This document shows, one piece after another, positions 28,999 to 38,826 of a DNA stretch of 64,000 bases. Numbering within the stretch: the first letter of the stretch is position 1; every line of letters starts with the position of its first letter. Below the pieces are notes generated by a model. The model saw only the letters and a list, made by a program, of their open reading frames with translations, was not told where the DNA came from and did not search any database. Source of the stretch: an uncultured Bacilli bacterium (lineage in GTDB: Bacteria > Bacillota_I > Bacilli_A > RF39 > UBA660); the NCBI GenBank assembly GCA_944350495.1, contig CALVOZ010000004.1, forward strand, positions 77,564 through 141,563, read 5' to 3'. Both the position numbers and the translations under genes were made by a program.

Positions 28999-29293
28999 CT
29001 TCTACCTCCTTTAACTCACTAGGTAATTTATATAATTCATCAACCATATTTTTAGCAAATATATCACCTTCAAAGTGTTGATAATTCCTATAAATTTCAC
29101 TAATATTATCTTTCATATAATTAGGACAATATCCTAATTCTATATATTTTTCATATATTCTAATGATCTCATTTTTTAGTAATGCTTTTAATCCATTCTT
29201 TAAACTCATATAGCCTTTTAACATATAAGCTACACTAGAACTTATAATTGTAAAAAGAATTTCTAACCAATACTTTAATATAAATTCAATCAT
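28952..29293 (-). CDS. Phage lysis-cassette membrane protein (BhlA/XhlA-like), putative
   Basis: 113 aa. N-terminal TM, then a coiled/charged tail. Its end overlaps the holin start. Confidence 0.35.
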   Translation of the reverse strand: MIEFILKYWLEILFTIISSSVAYMLKGYMSLKNGLKALLKNEIIRIYEKYIELGYCPNYMKDNISEIYRNYQHFEGDIFAKNMVDELYKLPSELKEVEDVKENIERQVTWQSA

Positions 29294-29347
29294 AAATTAT
29301 CACCTCCATTTAGACGAAAAGAAAAAGAGAATAAAACTCTTTTTCTT

Positions 29348-30091
29348 TTACAAATATAAATCTTGTTTTTTTATATAATCTTTCATTATTCTTAACATTT
29401 TGTCATACTGTTTTATTCCAACATAATCACTAGATGATACATACATTTTTTGATTTGAAAGAGAAATTACTATTGGTAATTGATACACGGGTCTATCTTG
29501 AATTGCTACTCTTTCTGTTATTTTTTTTGTAATATCATTTGTCTTATCAACACATAAAATATGCGTTACATATATATCACTACCAGTAAGTGCTGGATAT
29601 TGTTTAGCAAGATATTCTAAGCATACATCAAAATATGCTTTTCGAAATTCTTCAGTTATTTCCTTACCACTTAAATCAATTAATATATATGCCCGACTAG
29701 AAATCCTTCTTTCCTTCAAAAAACAATATATATTACAATTTAAACTATTTTCAATCATAAAAATATCTTTGTATTCTTTTTTAGAAAGAAATTTCGATAA
29801 ACTATTTTTCAAACTATAAAATGATGAACACTTAACATCAAATTTTTTAGATTTAATATTTCGCTCTTCAATTTTTATAATGTCACCAAAATTAATTACT
29901 AGAATAAGCCACCCAATCGTTAATAAGAATATTAAAACGCGCACAAAGTTACCTATTCTCTCTTGATTTGATGGAAAATTCAAACCTAAGCTTATACCAA
30001 ATATAATAATTAAAATTATACCAAAAACTGTAAGCAGTATCTCTAATAATTTTGCTTGCGTTTCAGTCAATTTCAGTAATTTCTTTTTCAT
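29348..30091 (-). CDS. Candidate immunity protein for the upstream RHS C-terminal toxin (2 TM plus cytoplasmic domain)
   Basis: 247 aa. Two N-terminal TM helices. It sits 18 nt downstream of the RHS-CT ORF, the canonical immunity position. Confidence 0.35.
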   Translation of the reverse strand: MKKKLLKLTETQAKLLEILLTVFGIILIIIFGISLGLNFPSNQERIGNFVRVLIFLLTIGWLILVINFGDIIKIEERNIKSKKFDVKCSSFYSLKNSLSKFLSKKEYKDIFMIENSLNCNIYCFLKERRISSRAYILIDLSGKEITEEFRKAYFDVCLEYLAKQYPALTGSDIYVTHILCVDKTNDITKKITERVAIQDRPVYQLPIVISLSNQKMYVSSSDYVGIKQYDKMLRIMKDYIKKQDLYL

Positions 30092-30109
30092 AATCTCTCT
30101 CCTTAATTA

Positions 30110-30820
30110 TTATAACATAAATAAAAGGCCAGCGCCAACGGCAGCACCTATAGCAACATTGCCATTTAATACATTAAATGTATCCCACCAATAACAGCTT
30201 GAACTTACTTTGTTATCTTTATTTCGATCAGGTTGGTCAAGATAATAATTTGTACCGGCATTCAGCACAAAATCAGCCCTTTCATTTCTAATAATTTTTT
30301 TTGTATAATTACTAGTCTTGATAGTTTTCGTTGACTGTGGTTGCCCCCATTGAGGATTTATTTTTGTTTTCCCCGGCATCTCTACTTTATCAATAAGTGA
30401 ATCAGTCGAATAATCAATAACTATATCTTTTGATATATTACCAACAGAATCCAGTAAATCAAATTTATTGAAGCTCTTTTCCCCACTTATATATTGTTCA
30501 ACTTCTTCACTACCAGATTCAGCAATTGATCCAAGAATGCCAGAAAAAATAGCGGTAGAAGGTATTACAGAAAAAGACGTTGTAACAAAGCCACCAATAA
30601 AAGCACTATGAAGTCCTTCATTCCATTTTCTTCCTTGTAACTTATTAGAAACTACTTTAGCTCCTCCACTTGCAATTCCGCCTATAATTCCAACTGCAAG
30701 TACAAATAAAATACCATATCCTTCTGTGTCAACCATAACAATTGGATCGTTATCACAATAAGCATATAAATTGTAAGACATTATATTTCTATTTGCACCC
30801 AATATGCCATCAGCATTCAA
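30110..30820 (-). CDS. Orphan RHS/YD-repeat C-terminal toxin module (TTG start) with glycine-zipper membrane segments
   Basis: The translation begins in the RHS core-end motif, NADGILGANRNIMSYNLYAYCDNDPIVMVDTEGYG (the DPxG...NLYAYxxNNP...DPxG signature). It is followed by a CT domain with ILFVLAVGIIGGIASGGAKVV and AIGAAVGAGLLFML. Confidence 0.6.
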   Translation of the reverse strand: MNADGILGANRNIMSYNLYAYCDNDPIVMVDTEGYGILFVLAVGIIGGIASGGAKVVSNKLQGRKWNEGLHSAFIGGFVTTSFSVIPSTAIFSGILGSIAESGSEEVEQYISGEKSFNKFDLLDSVGNISKDIVIDYSTDSLIDKVEMPGKTKINPQWGQPQSTKTIKTSNYTKKIIRNERADFVLNAGTNYYLDQPDRNKDNKVSSSCYWWDTFNVLNGNVAIGAAVGAGLLFML

Positions 30821-31078
30821 AAATCTCCCTAATATTGGACTATAGTATCTACTATTTAGATAATATAAATTAGTTTCTGTATCATAATAATAACTTCTAT
30901 ACCTAAATGGATTAATTATGCCTATATGATTACTATCAGTTATATCATTTCCGTTACTATCAGTAATAGATAAGATATTACCCCAACTATCATACCTATA
31001 ATTAACTATTAAATTATAATTACTATCTAATATCCCTATAATATCTTTTTGAATATTTTTAACATAATAGTATAATCG
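30821..31078 (-). pseudogene. 5' remnant of the RHS gene: in-frame YD-repeat/core fragment without a start codon
   Basis: The frame is open upstream of the TTG to the stop at 31079-31081 and encodes ...NYRYDSWGNILSITDSNGND...NPFRYRSYYYDTETNLYYLNSRYYSPILGRF. It has no ATG/GTG/TTG and lies right after the htrA terminator, so the RHS body is missing. Confidence 0.55.
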
Positions 31079-31144
31079 TTATTATACTTAAATTTTACTA
31101 GTTACATTACATACATAGTATATCATATTATTAAATTATCTAAA

Positions 31145-31178
31145 AATTAAAAGACTAATTTAAATTAGTCTTTTATAA
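31145..31178 (-). terminator. Terminator after htrA
   Basis: aagactaat-ttaa-attagtctt hairpin followed by a T-rich tract. Confidence 0.5.
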
Positions 31179-31192
31179 ATATGTATACTTTA

Positions 31193-32422
31193 TTAAGATA
31201 AAGTTACATCTACTTCTGTTTCTCGATAATTTCCTAAAACAAAATATTTTATTTTTAAAGTTATTTTATCTCCTTTTTTCTTTTTTGAAATAACATTACT
31301 TAAATCACTAAAAATATTAACTTCTTGACCATTAATTTCAGTTATTATATAACCTGCTTCTAATCCTGCTTTTGAAGCATTGCTTTCAGAAACTACTTTA
31401 GTAATATAAAAGCCATTTTCAATAAAATAACCATTTATATTTTCATTTGTTATAATGTAACCTTCAATACCTAAAGTTACACCTTCTTCAATTTCTTCAC
31501 CATTAATAATATCAGTAATAAGAGCTTCTACATCAGAAATTGGAATAGCAAATCCCATTCCTTCAATACTAGCAGAACTAATAGTTCCATTTGATGAATA
31601 TTTAGCTGAATTAATGCCTATTACTTCACCTTTACTATTAAGTAAAGCACCACCACTATTTCCACCATTAATAGCAGCATCAATTTGAATCATTGAATTA
31701 GTATAATTATCTATAGTAACTTCTCTTTCTAAAGCACTTATAACACCTGTTGTGACTGATTGACCATATCCTAATGCATTACCGATTGCTATAACACCAT
31801 TTCCAACTTTTATCTCATCACTATTTCCAATTGTAGCTATCTTAATTTCTTTAATTGTTTCTTCATCTAGTTCATTCAATTTTACAGATATAACAGCAAT
31901 ATCTTTACTTTTAGATGTTCCCTTAATAGTGGCATCTACGGATTTATTATTTATAAATTGTACTGTTAATTCTGAAGCTCCCTCAACAACATGATTATTC
32001 GTTACTATAAATAATTCTTCGTCAGATTTACTTATAATAATTCCAGAACCAGCGCCTTCCGTATATTGATTTTGACCATAATAATTTGGTCCAAATCTTC
32101 CACTTGAAATTAATGTTTTACTTGTAATAGCAACAATAGAAGGCATAACATTCTCAACTACTTCTGAAACATCTATCATATAAACACCTTCTGTGGTTTC
32201 AACTTCTGTATTAGTATACTGTAAAGTTACCAGTTCTTTATTTTCAGTTAGGGCCTCTTTACTATCAGCAAAATAATTTTCTCCAAGTATAACTAAAATA
32301 GCAATTATTAATAAGAGTAAAATGAAAAGACATAATATTATTTTTTTATTAAAACTTTTTTCTTTTTCTTGAATATTTAAAGTATTATCCATTTTCTTTA
32401 CCTTCCTTTTAATATATAACAA
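31193..32422 (-). CDS. htrA: HtrA/DegP-family serine protease (TM anchor, trypsin domain, PDZ)
   Basis: 409 aa. Catalytic triad context TNNHVV (His), DIAVI (Asp) and GNSGGAL (Ser). C-terminal PDZ. Confidence 0.85.
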   Translation of the reverse strand: MLYIKRKVKKMDNTLNIQEKEKSFNKKIILCLFILLLLIIAILVILGENYFADSKEALTENKELVTLQYTNTEVETTEGVYMIDVSEVVENVMPSIVAITSKTLISSGRFGPNYYGQNQYTEGAGSGIIISKSDEELFIVTNNHVVEGASELTVQFINNKSVDATIKGTSKSKDIAVISVKLNELDEETIKEIKIATIGNSDEIKVGNGVIAIGNALGYGQSVTTGVISALEREVTIDNYTNSMIQIDAAINGGNSGGALLNSKGEVIGINSAKYSSNGTISSASIEGMGFAIPISDVEALITDIINGEEIEEGVTLGIEGYIITNENINGYFIENGFYITKVVSESNASKAGLEAGYIITEINGQEVNIFSDLSNVISKKKKGDKITLKIKYFVLGNYRETEVDVTLS

Positions 32423-32424
32423 AA

Positions 32425-33108
32425 CTATTTTTTTGTCGTTTTTCTACTACTAGTAAGTTCATATATAATATCAGCTTGATTACATACATTCTCTGAATGA
32501 GTTACAATAACAACACATTTATTTTCTTGTTTAGCTAATCCTTTTAAAATTTCTAAAATATCATTCTCTGTTTCTTTATCCAAATTACCTGTTGGCTCGT
32601 CTGCTAAAATTATTTTGGGATTATATGATAAACTTCTTGCAATGGCCACTCTTTGTTGTTCTCCACCAGATAATCGCAATACTCTTCTATCTTTTTGTTT
32701 TTCTGTTAAACCTACACTTTTCATAAGTTCTAAGGCTTTTTCACTTTTTTTATCTATTTTTAATTTACTAACATTCATAGATAAAATAATATTTTCTAGA
32801 GCCGTTAAATGTGGTAATAAATTATAACTTTGAAAAACAATTCCTATATCTCTGCTTCTATAATCATCTAAATCAATTTCTCTTAATTCTTTTCCTTCAA
32901 ACTTAATTGAACCTTCATAATCTTTTTCTAAACCGCTAATTAATGATAATAATGTTGTTTTACCACTACCACTTTTTCCTTTTATAGCATATACTTTTCC
33001 TTTGGCAAAAGTATAATTTAAATTTTTCAACACATAATCATCTTTTTCAGCATCACTATATCGATAAGATACATTTTCTACTTTTAAAATTATGTCTTTT
33101 TCTTTCAT
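32425..33108 (-). CDS. ABC transporter ATP-binding protein (MacB/FtsE-like)
   Basis: GKSGSGKTT Walker [16 protein letters not shown] signature, [11 protein letters not shown]alker B. Confidence 0.9.
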   Translation of the reverse strand: MKEKDIILKVENVSYRYSDAEKDDYVLKNLNYTFAKGKVYAIKGKSGSGKTTLLSLISGLEKDYEGSIKFEGKELREIDLDDYRSRDIGIVFQSYNLLPHLTALENIILSMNVSKLKIDKKSEKALELMKSVGLTEKQKDRRVLRLSGGEQQRVAIARSLSYNPKIILADEPTGNLDKETENDILEILKGLAKQENKCVVIVTHSENVCNQADIIYELTSSRKTTKK

Positions 33109-34577
33109 TATGATCGCTCCTTTAATATAGTTAATGGTGAAAATTTTTGAATACTTACCATAGCACTTACAGAACTAATTAAAGTTATTATTAATCCAAT
33201 TCCTAAAAGTTCTAATAATACTTTTAAATCAACTGCAGCATTTATACTATCAACTGTCTGAATAGATGTTACACCATTAAATTCTTTATTAGCAAAATCT
33301 TGAGTTGGTGGTTGTCCAGTTTCCATTCCTTTACCAAAATTTTGTCTAATACTATTTGTTTGGTTTTGTGAATTTGATATTTCATTTTCAAGTAATTGAT
33401 TAGAGATAGGAACGCTTATAATTGCACCTATACCAGCACCTAAAATCAAAGATATAAAAGCAACAATTAATAATTCACTAATAAATTGTAAACATACTTT
33501 TGATTTTTTCATACCAATAGTTCTTAAAACACCTATTTCATATTTTCTTTCTCTAATATTTATCATATTAATTACTGATAAAACAACTGTCCCAATAATA
33601 AGTGTAATGATTAAGAATGTAATAGCAAAGTTTTTAACATTAGAAATTGTACTCGTAGCATTTTCAACTTGTTCTAAATTAGTTTGAAGAGTTAAATATT
33701 CGCTTAATCCTTTTTCAGTTAATTCAGCATTAAAGGCATCAACTACATTAATATTAGTTAAAATAAATGTAGGTGTAATAGATACATCTAAATCTTCATT
33801 ATTCATTTTCATATTACTGATAAAGTTGGTGTTGGTAATAATAATATTTACAGAATTTGAAAACATACTCATTCCATTATCTTCATTTTCTTTTTCTTCA
33901 TATATTCCACTTACAACTAATTCATAACTATTAGAATCATCTTCACTATCAACAATAGTAATTGTATCTCCTACTTCTATTTCATTTAAAGTAGCAAGTT
34001 CACTATTAATAATACAACTATTATCTTCAAAATCTTCAGAAACTTCACCATCAACAATAGTATAGTTTCCTTCAATAAATTCATTCATTGCCTCAATTGA
34101 TGAATATCCTTTTAATGTAAAATCACCATTTGTTTGATTTTTAAAATCTTGTTTGCCACCTGGTCCTCTATCACCAAAATCATTATTGCTTGATGTCATT
34201 TCAGCTTTTTCTAAATCAGAAGAATTTACGCCTACACTCATAGTATAGTAATAACTATCAACATAAGTACTATCAGCATAATTTTTAATATCATCTTCTG
34301 TCAATTGATTAGCAGCTTCAAATATTTCTTGCATATTTTCTCTAGAATTTTCTCGATCTTCAGGATTAAAATTTTGCATCATATTATCTCTATTCATACT
34401 AATAATTGCTTCTACTTCATATTTTGATTCATAAGATTTAATTAAACTATTAGAAGAATTATTGATAGCTAGTGTTACAGAAACAGCACAAGATATTACA
34501 ATAACAATTAAGCCAATTAATAAATTTCTTCCTTTATTTCTTACAATTGATATAATTGCATTTTTTAAAATATACAT
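33108..34577 (-). CDS. ABC transporter permease, FtsX/MacB-like with large extracytoplasmic domain
   Basis: 489 aa. TM1, a long Asn/Ser-rich ectodomain, then 3 TM (FtsX fold). Start coupled to the ATPase. Confidence 0.85.
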   Translation of the reverse strand: MYILKNAIISIVRNKGRNLLIGLIVIVISCAVSVTLAINNSSNSLIKSYESKYEVEAIISMNRDNMMQNFNPEDRENSRENMQEIFEAANQLTEDDIKNYADSTYVDSYYYTMSVGVNSSDLEKAEMTSSNNDFGDRGPGGKQDFKNQTNGDFTLKGYSSIEAMNEFIEGNYTIVDGEVSEDFEDNSCIINSELATLNEIEVGDTITIVDSEDDSNSYELVVSGIYEEKENEDNGMSMFSNSVNIIITNTNFISNMKMNNEDLDVSITPTFILTNINVVDAFNAELTEKGLSEYLTLQTNLEQVENATSTISNVKNFAITFLIITLIIGTVVLSVINMINIRERKYEIGVLRTIGMKKSKVCLQFISELLIVAFISLILGAGIGAIISVPISNQLLENEISNSQNQTNSIRQNFGKGMETGQPPTQDFANKEFNGVTSIQTVDSINAAVDLKVLLELLGIGLIITLISSVSAMVSIQKFSPLTILKERS

Positions 34578-34627
34578 ATTTTCCTCCTCACACTGAAATT
34601 ATACTTTGTAAACCTTAAATGAAGATT

Positions 34628-34667
34628 AAATAAATTAAAAAAACAGAATTTTTTATTTATTCTGTTT
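34628..34667 (-). terminator. Terminator after the histidine kinase gene
   Basis: aacagaat-tttttatttatt-ctgtt hairpin overlapping the last codons, with a T-run on the transcript. Confidence 0.5.
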
Positions 34668-35849
34668 AAATTGTACCTTAAATACCGTATAGCCATTTTT
34701 ACAATCAACGGAAATATGTCCATTATGATTTATAACAATATTTTTAGCAATCGATAACCCTAAACCAAAACGATTAGCATCACGATTTCTAGATTTATCA
34801 ATTCGATAAAATCTTTCAAATATCTTTTCACGTTCATCTTTAGGAATAGCATCCCCCCTATTCTGAACTTCTAAATAAATAATGTTTTTTTCTTTATATA
34901 ATTTAATATTTATGGTTGATTGTTCATATCCATGTTTTATAGCATTATCTATTAAAATACTAAGTAATTCTTTTATGCGATCTAGATTACAGCAAAACAT
35001 AATAGAATCTTCAATATCTAATTTTAAAGTTAAACTTTGTTCAAACATTAAACTTTCAAAAGATAATGAAGTGCTTTCTACCAACTTTGATAAATTGACT
35101 TCACTAAATGTTTCTTGTTCTTTTATATATTCTGATTTAGATAAATCTAGTAAATTGGTAACTAGCTTACTCATTCTATGCGTTTCACTTTTAATATTAT
35201 CTAGCCATTTTTTTTCATTAGGATTCTCTTCAAATGTCTCAGCACTAGCCATAATAATCGATAATGGTGTCTTTAATTCATGAGAAGCGTCGTATATAAA
35301 TTGTTTTTGTTTATCAAAAGATTCGATAACTGGTTTTACTAACCATTTTGTTAAATGCCAAGACACATAAATAATTGCCATTTCTAGTCCGATAAATAAG
35401 AAGAAAGAAGTAAATAATAAAGATATTAAGTAATCTTTAACGCGACTATTATTGATAATTATTAAATCACCATTATTATTTAATGAAAATATATATTTAT
35501 TAAAATATAAATTTCTTATTTCTCCTATTCTATCTATATTATTATTTACAAGTTCAATTATTTTACTATCACTTAATCCATCATTTGTATAATTTATAAT
35601 TGTTTTTATATTACCTCTAATATCAACAGAAACAACATATACCTCCATATCCATAAACATTGGATTTTGGTTTTTATCAACGATGGGATTAAATCGTTCA
35701 TGAGCATTTTTAATTTTAATAAGTTTTTCTTCTAATTGTTTATATTCTTGATTATAAATACTAATATTTAAAATAATTAATATTGTAAGTAAAAACATTG
35801 TTAAAATAGAGATTAATAAAAAGAAAGTTTTATTCTGAAGTTTCTTCAT
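34653..35849 (-). CDS. Sensor histidine kinase (2 TM, HisKA, HATPase_c)
   Basis: H-box SHELKTPLS; N, G1 and G2 boxes (NAIKHG, GLGLSIAKNIV). Confidence 0.88.
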   Translation of the reverse strand: MKKLQNKTFFLLISILTMFLLTILIILNISIYNQEYKQLEEKLIKIKNAHERFNPIVDKNQNPMFMDMEVYVVSVDIRGNIKTIINYTNDGLSDSKIIELVNNNIDRIGEIRNLYFNKYIFSLNNNGDLIIINNSRVKDYLISLLFTSFFLFIGLEMAIIYVSWHLTKWLVKPVIESFDKQKQFIYDASHELKTPLSIIMASAETFEENPNEKKWLDNIKSETHRMSKLVTNLLDLSKSEYIKEQETFSEVNLSKLVESTSLSFESLMFEQSLTLKLDIEDSIMFCCNLDRIKELLSILIDNAIKHGYEQSTINIKLYKEKNIIYLEVQNRGDAIPKDEREKIFERFYRIDKSRNRDANRFGLGLSIAKNIVINHNGHISVDCKNGYTVFKVQFKQNK

Positions 35850-36528
35850 TATCCACCTCTAACTTATACCCTAATCCTCTAACCGCACGTATATTTACCA
35901 AAGAACCAATAGCTTTTAATTTTTTTCTAATAAAGGAAATATAAGCTTCTAAATTATTAGATAAGGTATCATTATCTATACCCCATACATTATCATATAA
36001 AAATTCTTTGGATACAATTTGATTAGCATTTTTCATCAAACACTCTAAAATTAAAAATTCTTTACAAACAACATCAATAGATTCTCCTGTCTTCGTACAT
36101 GTTAATACAGTTGTTTTTAAATCTAATTTTAAATCTTCAAATTCTATATAGTTAATATTTTTTTTATCATTATTTTTACGCAATCTAATATTTACTCGTG
36201 CTACTAATTCTTCCATATGAAATGGTTTAGTCAAATAATCATCAGCACCGTTTTCAAATCCTTCTAGTTTATCACTGATAGAATCCCTAGCAGTTAGCAT
36301 CAAAATGCTTGATTTTGTATTATTGTCTTTTAGTGTCTTTAGTATTTCAAAACCATCTTTTTTAGGAAGCATAACATCCAATATTATTAAATCATAAATA
36401 TCTGTTAAAGCTTTAAATAATCCCTCTTCCCCGTCTAAAGCAATATCAACAATATAATTTTCTTTTTTTAATCTAGTCTGAATCAAATCAGCTAGCTTAT
36501 ATTCATCTTCAACAACCAATATTCGCAC
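35830..36528 (-). CDS. OmpR-family response regulator
   Basis: MRILVVEDE...D(52)...winged-helix C-terminus (RGLGYKL). Confidence 0.9.
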   Translation of the reverse strand: MRILVVEDEYKLADLIQTRLKKENYIVDIALDGEEGLFKALTDIYDLIILDVMLPKKDGFEILKTLKDNNTKSSILMLTARDSISDKLEGFENGADDYLTKPFHMEELVARVNIRLRKNNDKKNINYIEFEDLKLDLKTTVLTCTKTGESIDVVCKEFLILECLMKNANQIVSKEFLYDNVWGIDNDTLSNNLEAYISFIRKKLKAIGSLVNIRAVRGLGYKLEVDNEETSE

Positions 36529-36629
36529 AAGATATCACCACCTACTAGTATTATAATTCATAAACCTTAAATAAAGATTAATTTTCTTTATTATATCATG
36601 CGCGAAGATAATAAATAAATTTGTGTTAT

Positions 36630-37658
36630 CTACTTTAAGATTTTAATAATTGAGATACGGCCAAGATAAAAAATAACTATAATTGATACAAGCACTGTAC
36701 TTGTAATAAGAAGGCCTAAAACATATAAAATACTTATTAAATTAAATTTCAAAAAAGATATTGGTAATATAAGCAAGATTAAGCTTATAATAAAACTTAT
36801 CACAAAACTAATAGTTAAAATTAATGATAATTCCATTAAAACAATCTTTAAAAGATGTATATTAGAATATCCTAAAGCCCGCATTATTGCATAATCAAAA
36901 ATATTATCATGCAAAACAATCAAGGTAATAGCCACAATAAATAAAGTTTCAAATAAAATTAAAATATTTTTTAATATTTCGGCATTTGTACATAAATTAC
37001 GATAATGATTTAGAATGTTGTTATTTTGATCATAAACACCAATACCATAGTCATCTAACTTGCTAATTAATTCATTAAGGTTATCATAATCATCAGCTAA
37101 AACCATTACTTCTTTAATATTGCTTAAATCAAGATAATTATAATAAACATTATAAGAACATAACATACTAGTTAAAGAACCATCATAAGCATTGGCTATA
37201 TTATATTTAGAGCTTTCATATATTCCTACAATTTTATATTCCTGATTATTAACAATTAATTTATCTCCTATTTGATATTCAGACAATAAATTAGACACTA
37301 ATATTTCATTATCATTTTTAATGTTGTGACCATCTACTAATTCAATAAATGCTTTATCGCGATAACTAAACACAAAGTCATCTATCACAACTTCTTTAAT
37401 GGGATAATAATGTTTAACTTCTTCTATCTTATTTAATTCTTTAATAACATCATTATAATCTTTTTCAAAAATTAAATGAAGATATGAGGCTGCTAAAAAT
37501 TCTTCTTTTTTAGTTTGATATATTTGCTTTGTACCTTTAATAAAATAACCGGTTAAAATTAATAATAAAAAAATAATAGTTGCTACATTTAGCGTGAATT
37601 TAACTAATTTTTTCTTTTTTAAAAAACTTTCTAAAAATAATTTATATTTCACAATCAT
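36630..37658 (-). CDS. ABC transporter permease, FtsX-like (second half)
   Basis: 342 aa. N-terminal TM, extracytoplasmic domain, 3 C-terminal TM. Confidence 0.65.
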   Translation of the reverse strand: MIVKYKLFLESFLKKKKLVKFTLNVATIIFLLLILTGYFIKGTKQIYQTKKEEFLAASYLHLIFEKDYNDVIKELNKIEEVKHYYPIKEVVIDDFVFSYRDKAFIELVDGHNIKNDNEILVSNLLSEYQIGDKLIVNNQEYKIVGIYESSKYNIANAYDGSLTSMLCSYNVYYNYLDLSNIKEVMVLADDYDNLNELISKLDDYGIGVYDQNNNILNHYRNLCTNAEILKNILILFETLFIVAITLIVLHDNIFDYAIMRALGYSNIHLLKIVLMELSLILTISFVISFIISLILLILPISFLKFNLISILYVLGLLITSTVLVSIIVIFYLGRISIIKILK

Positions 37659-38826
37659 CTAATTCCTCTATAATCGATTTTTTTTTATCTTTTAAAGCAA
37701 ATCTAGTAGATAACAAAGAAATCAATAAGCAAGCTGTAAAACTACCAAAAATTGAAAGATAAGATATGTAAATATTAATTCCCGTTTTAATATCGGCATT
37801 ATACTTATTTAATAAAATAAAATAGATAATAATAACTATAATCATAGAAATAATAAAGCTAAATACCACAAGTATTAAATTTTCTAAATAATTAACTCGT
37901 ACTAACACTTTATTGCTATATCCCATTGCTTTATAAATTAAATTACTTTCTTTATTATAAGTCATAAACTTCTTTGTTAAAATAAATAGGATAATAAAGA
38001 CAAAGATTAATATAATCGCAGTTACTGCTAAAAAAGTACTTAAAATAAAAGTAATAGTCGGTGTATTTATTTGTATTATTTCATCAACACTATATTTAGA
38101 ACCTATTTTTTTGGCAATCTCATCTTTATCATTAACATGATCAACAATTACATAAACATTACTATCTTCACTGATATAGCAACCTTCACAGTTTTCTAAC
38201 TCTGTCTCGATTAATTTATGCATATTAGTAATACTCGTAAAACAAGTATTATATTCACCATAAGTATACTTATCGTTATCAAAAATACCAACCACTGTAT
38301 AATCTAATTCATGTTCATTAATAATAAAAGTAAAAATTTCACCTAAATAATTACTACCATCATGTAATTTACTAACAAATTCTTTATTGTAATTCTCTGG
38401 TTCCAAACCTAAATAGAATGTTTCAGGGCAAATAATTACTTCGTCATCTGTCAATAACTCTCCTTTATTAACCTTAATAAAATCATTTGGAACACCATAT
38501 AAATTAATATATTCATCATTATTAGTCTTAACTGTTAATCTATATTCATCTTCACTAATAACATATGAAACACCATCTATCTCTTCTAACCATTTTTTAT
38601 CAATCACGCTATAATCACTTGATACTCTCAAAGTTCGATAACTAAGATTACCAGTAGAAGAATTAGATAAGAAAGTATAAAAAGTCTTAAAGAAGCTACA
38701 AGAAAATATGATTAATAACGTGCAAATAATCAAAAGGAAAGCATTAATAATATTTATCTTTTTATGAAAAAAAGATTTAAAGGCTAAAAATAAATATGAT
38801 TTACCCCTCATAAATGAACCTGCCAC
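37642..38826 (-). CDS. ABC transporter permease, FtsX-like (first half)
   Basis: 394 aa, same topology. It overlaps neighbours on both sides, giving a split BceB-like permease. Confidence 0.65.
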   Translation of the reverse strand: MAGSFMRGKSYLFLAFKSFFHKKINIINAFLLIICTLLIIFSCSFFKTFYTFLSNSSTGNLSYRTLRVSSDYSVIDKKWLEEIDGVSYVISEDEYRLTVKTNNDEYINLYGVPNDFIKVNKGELLTDDEVIICPETFYLGLEPENYNKEFVSKLHDGSNYLGEIFTFIINEHELDYTVVGIFDNDKYTYGEYNTCFTSITNMHKLIETELENCEGCYISEDSNVYVIVDHVNDKDEIAKKIGSKYSVDEIIQINTPTITFILSTFLAVTAIILIFVFIILFILTKKFMTYNKESNLIYKAMGYSNKVLVRVNYLENLILVVFSFIISMIIVIIIYFILLNKYNADIKTGINIYISYLSIFGSFTACLLISLLSTRFALKDKKKSIIEELDDCEI

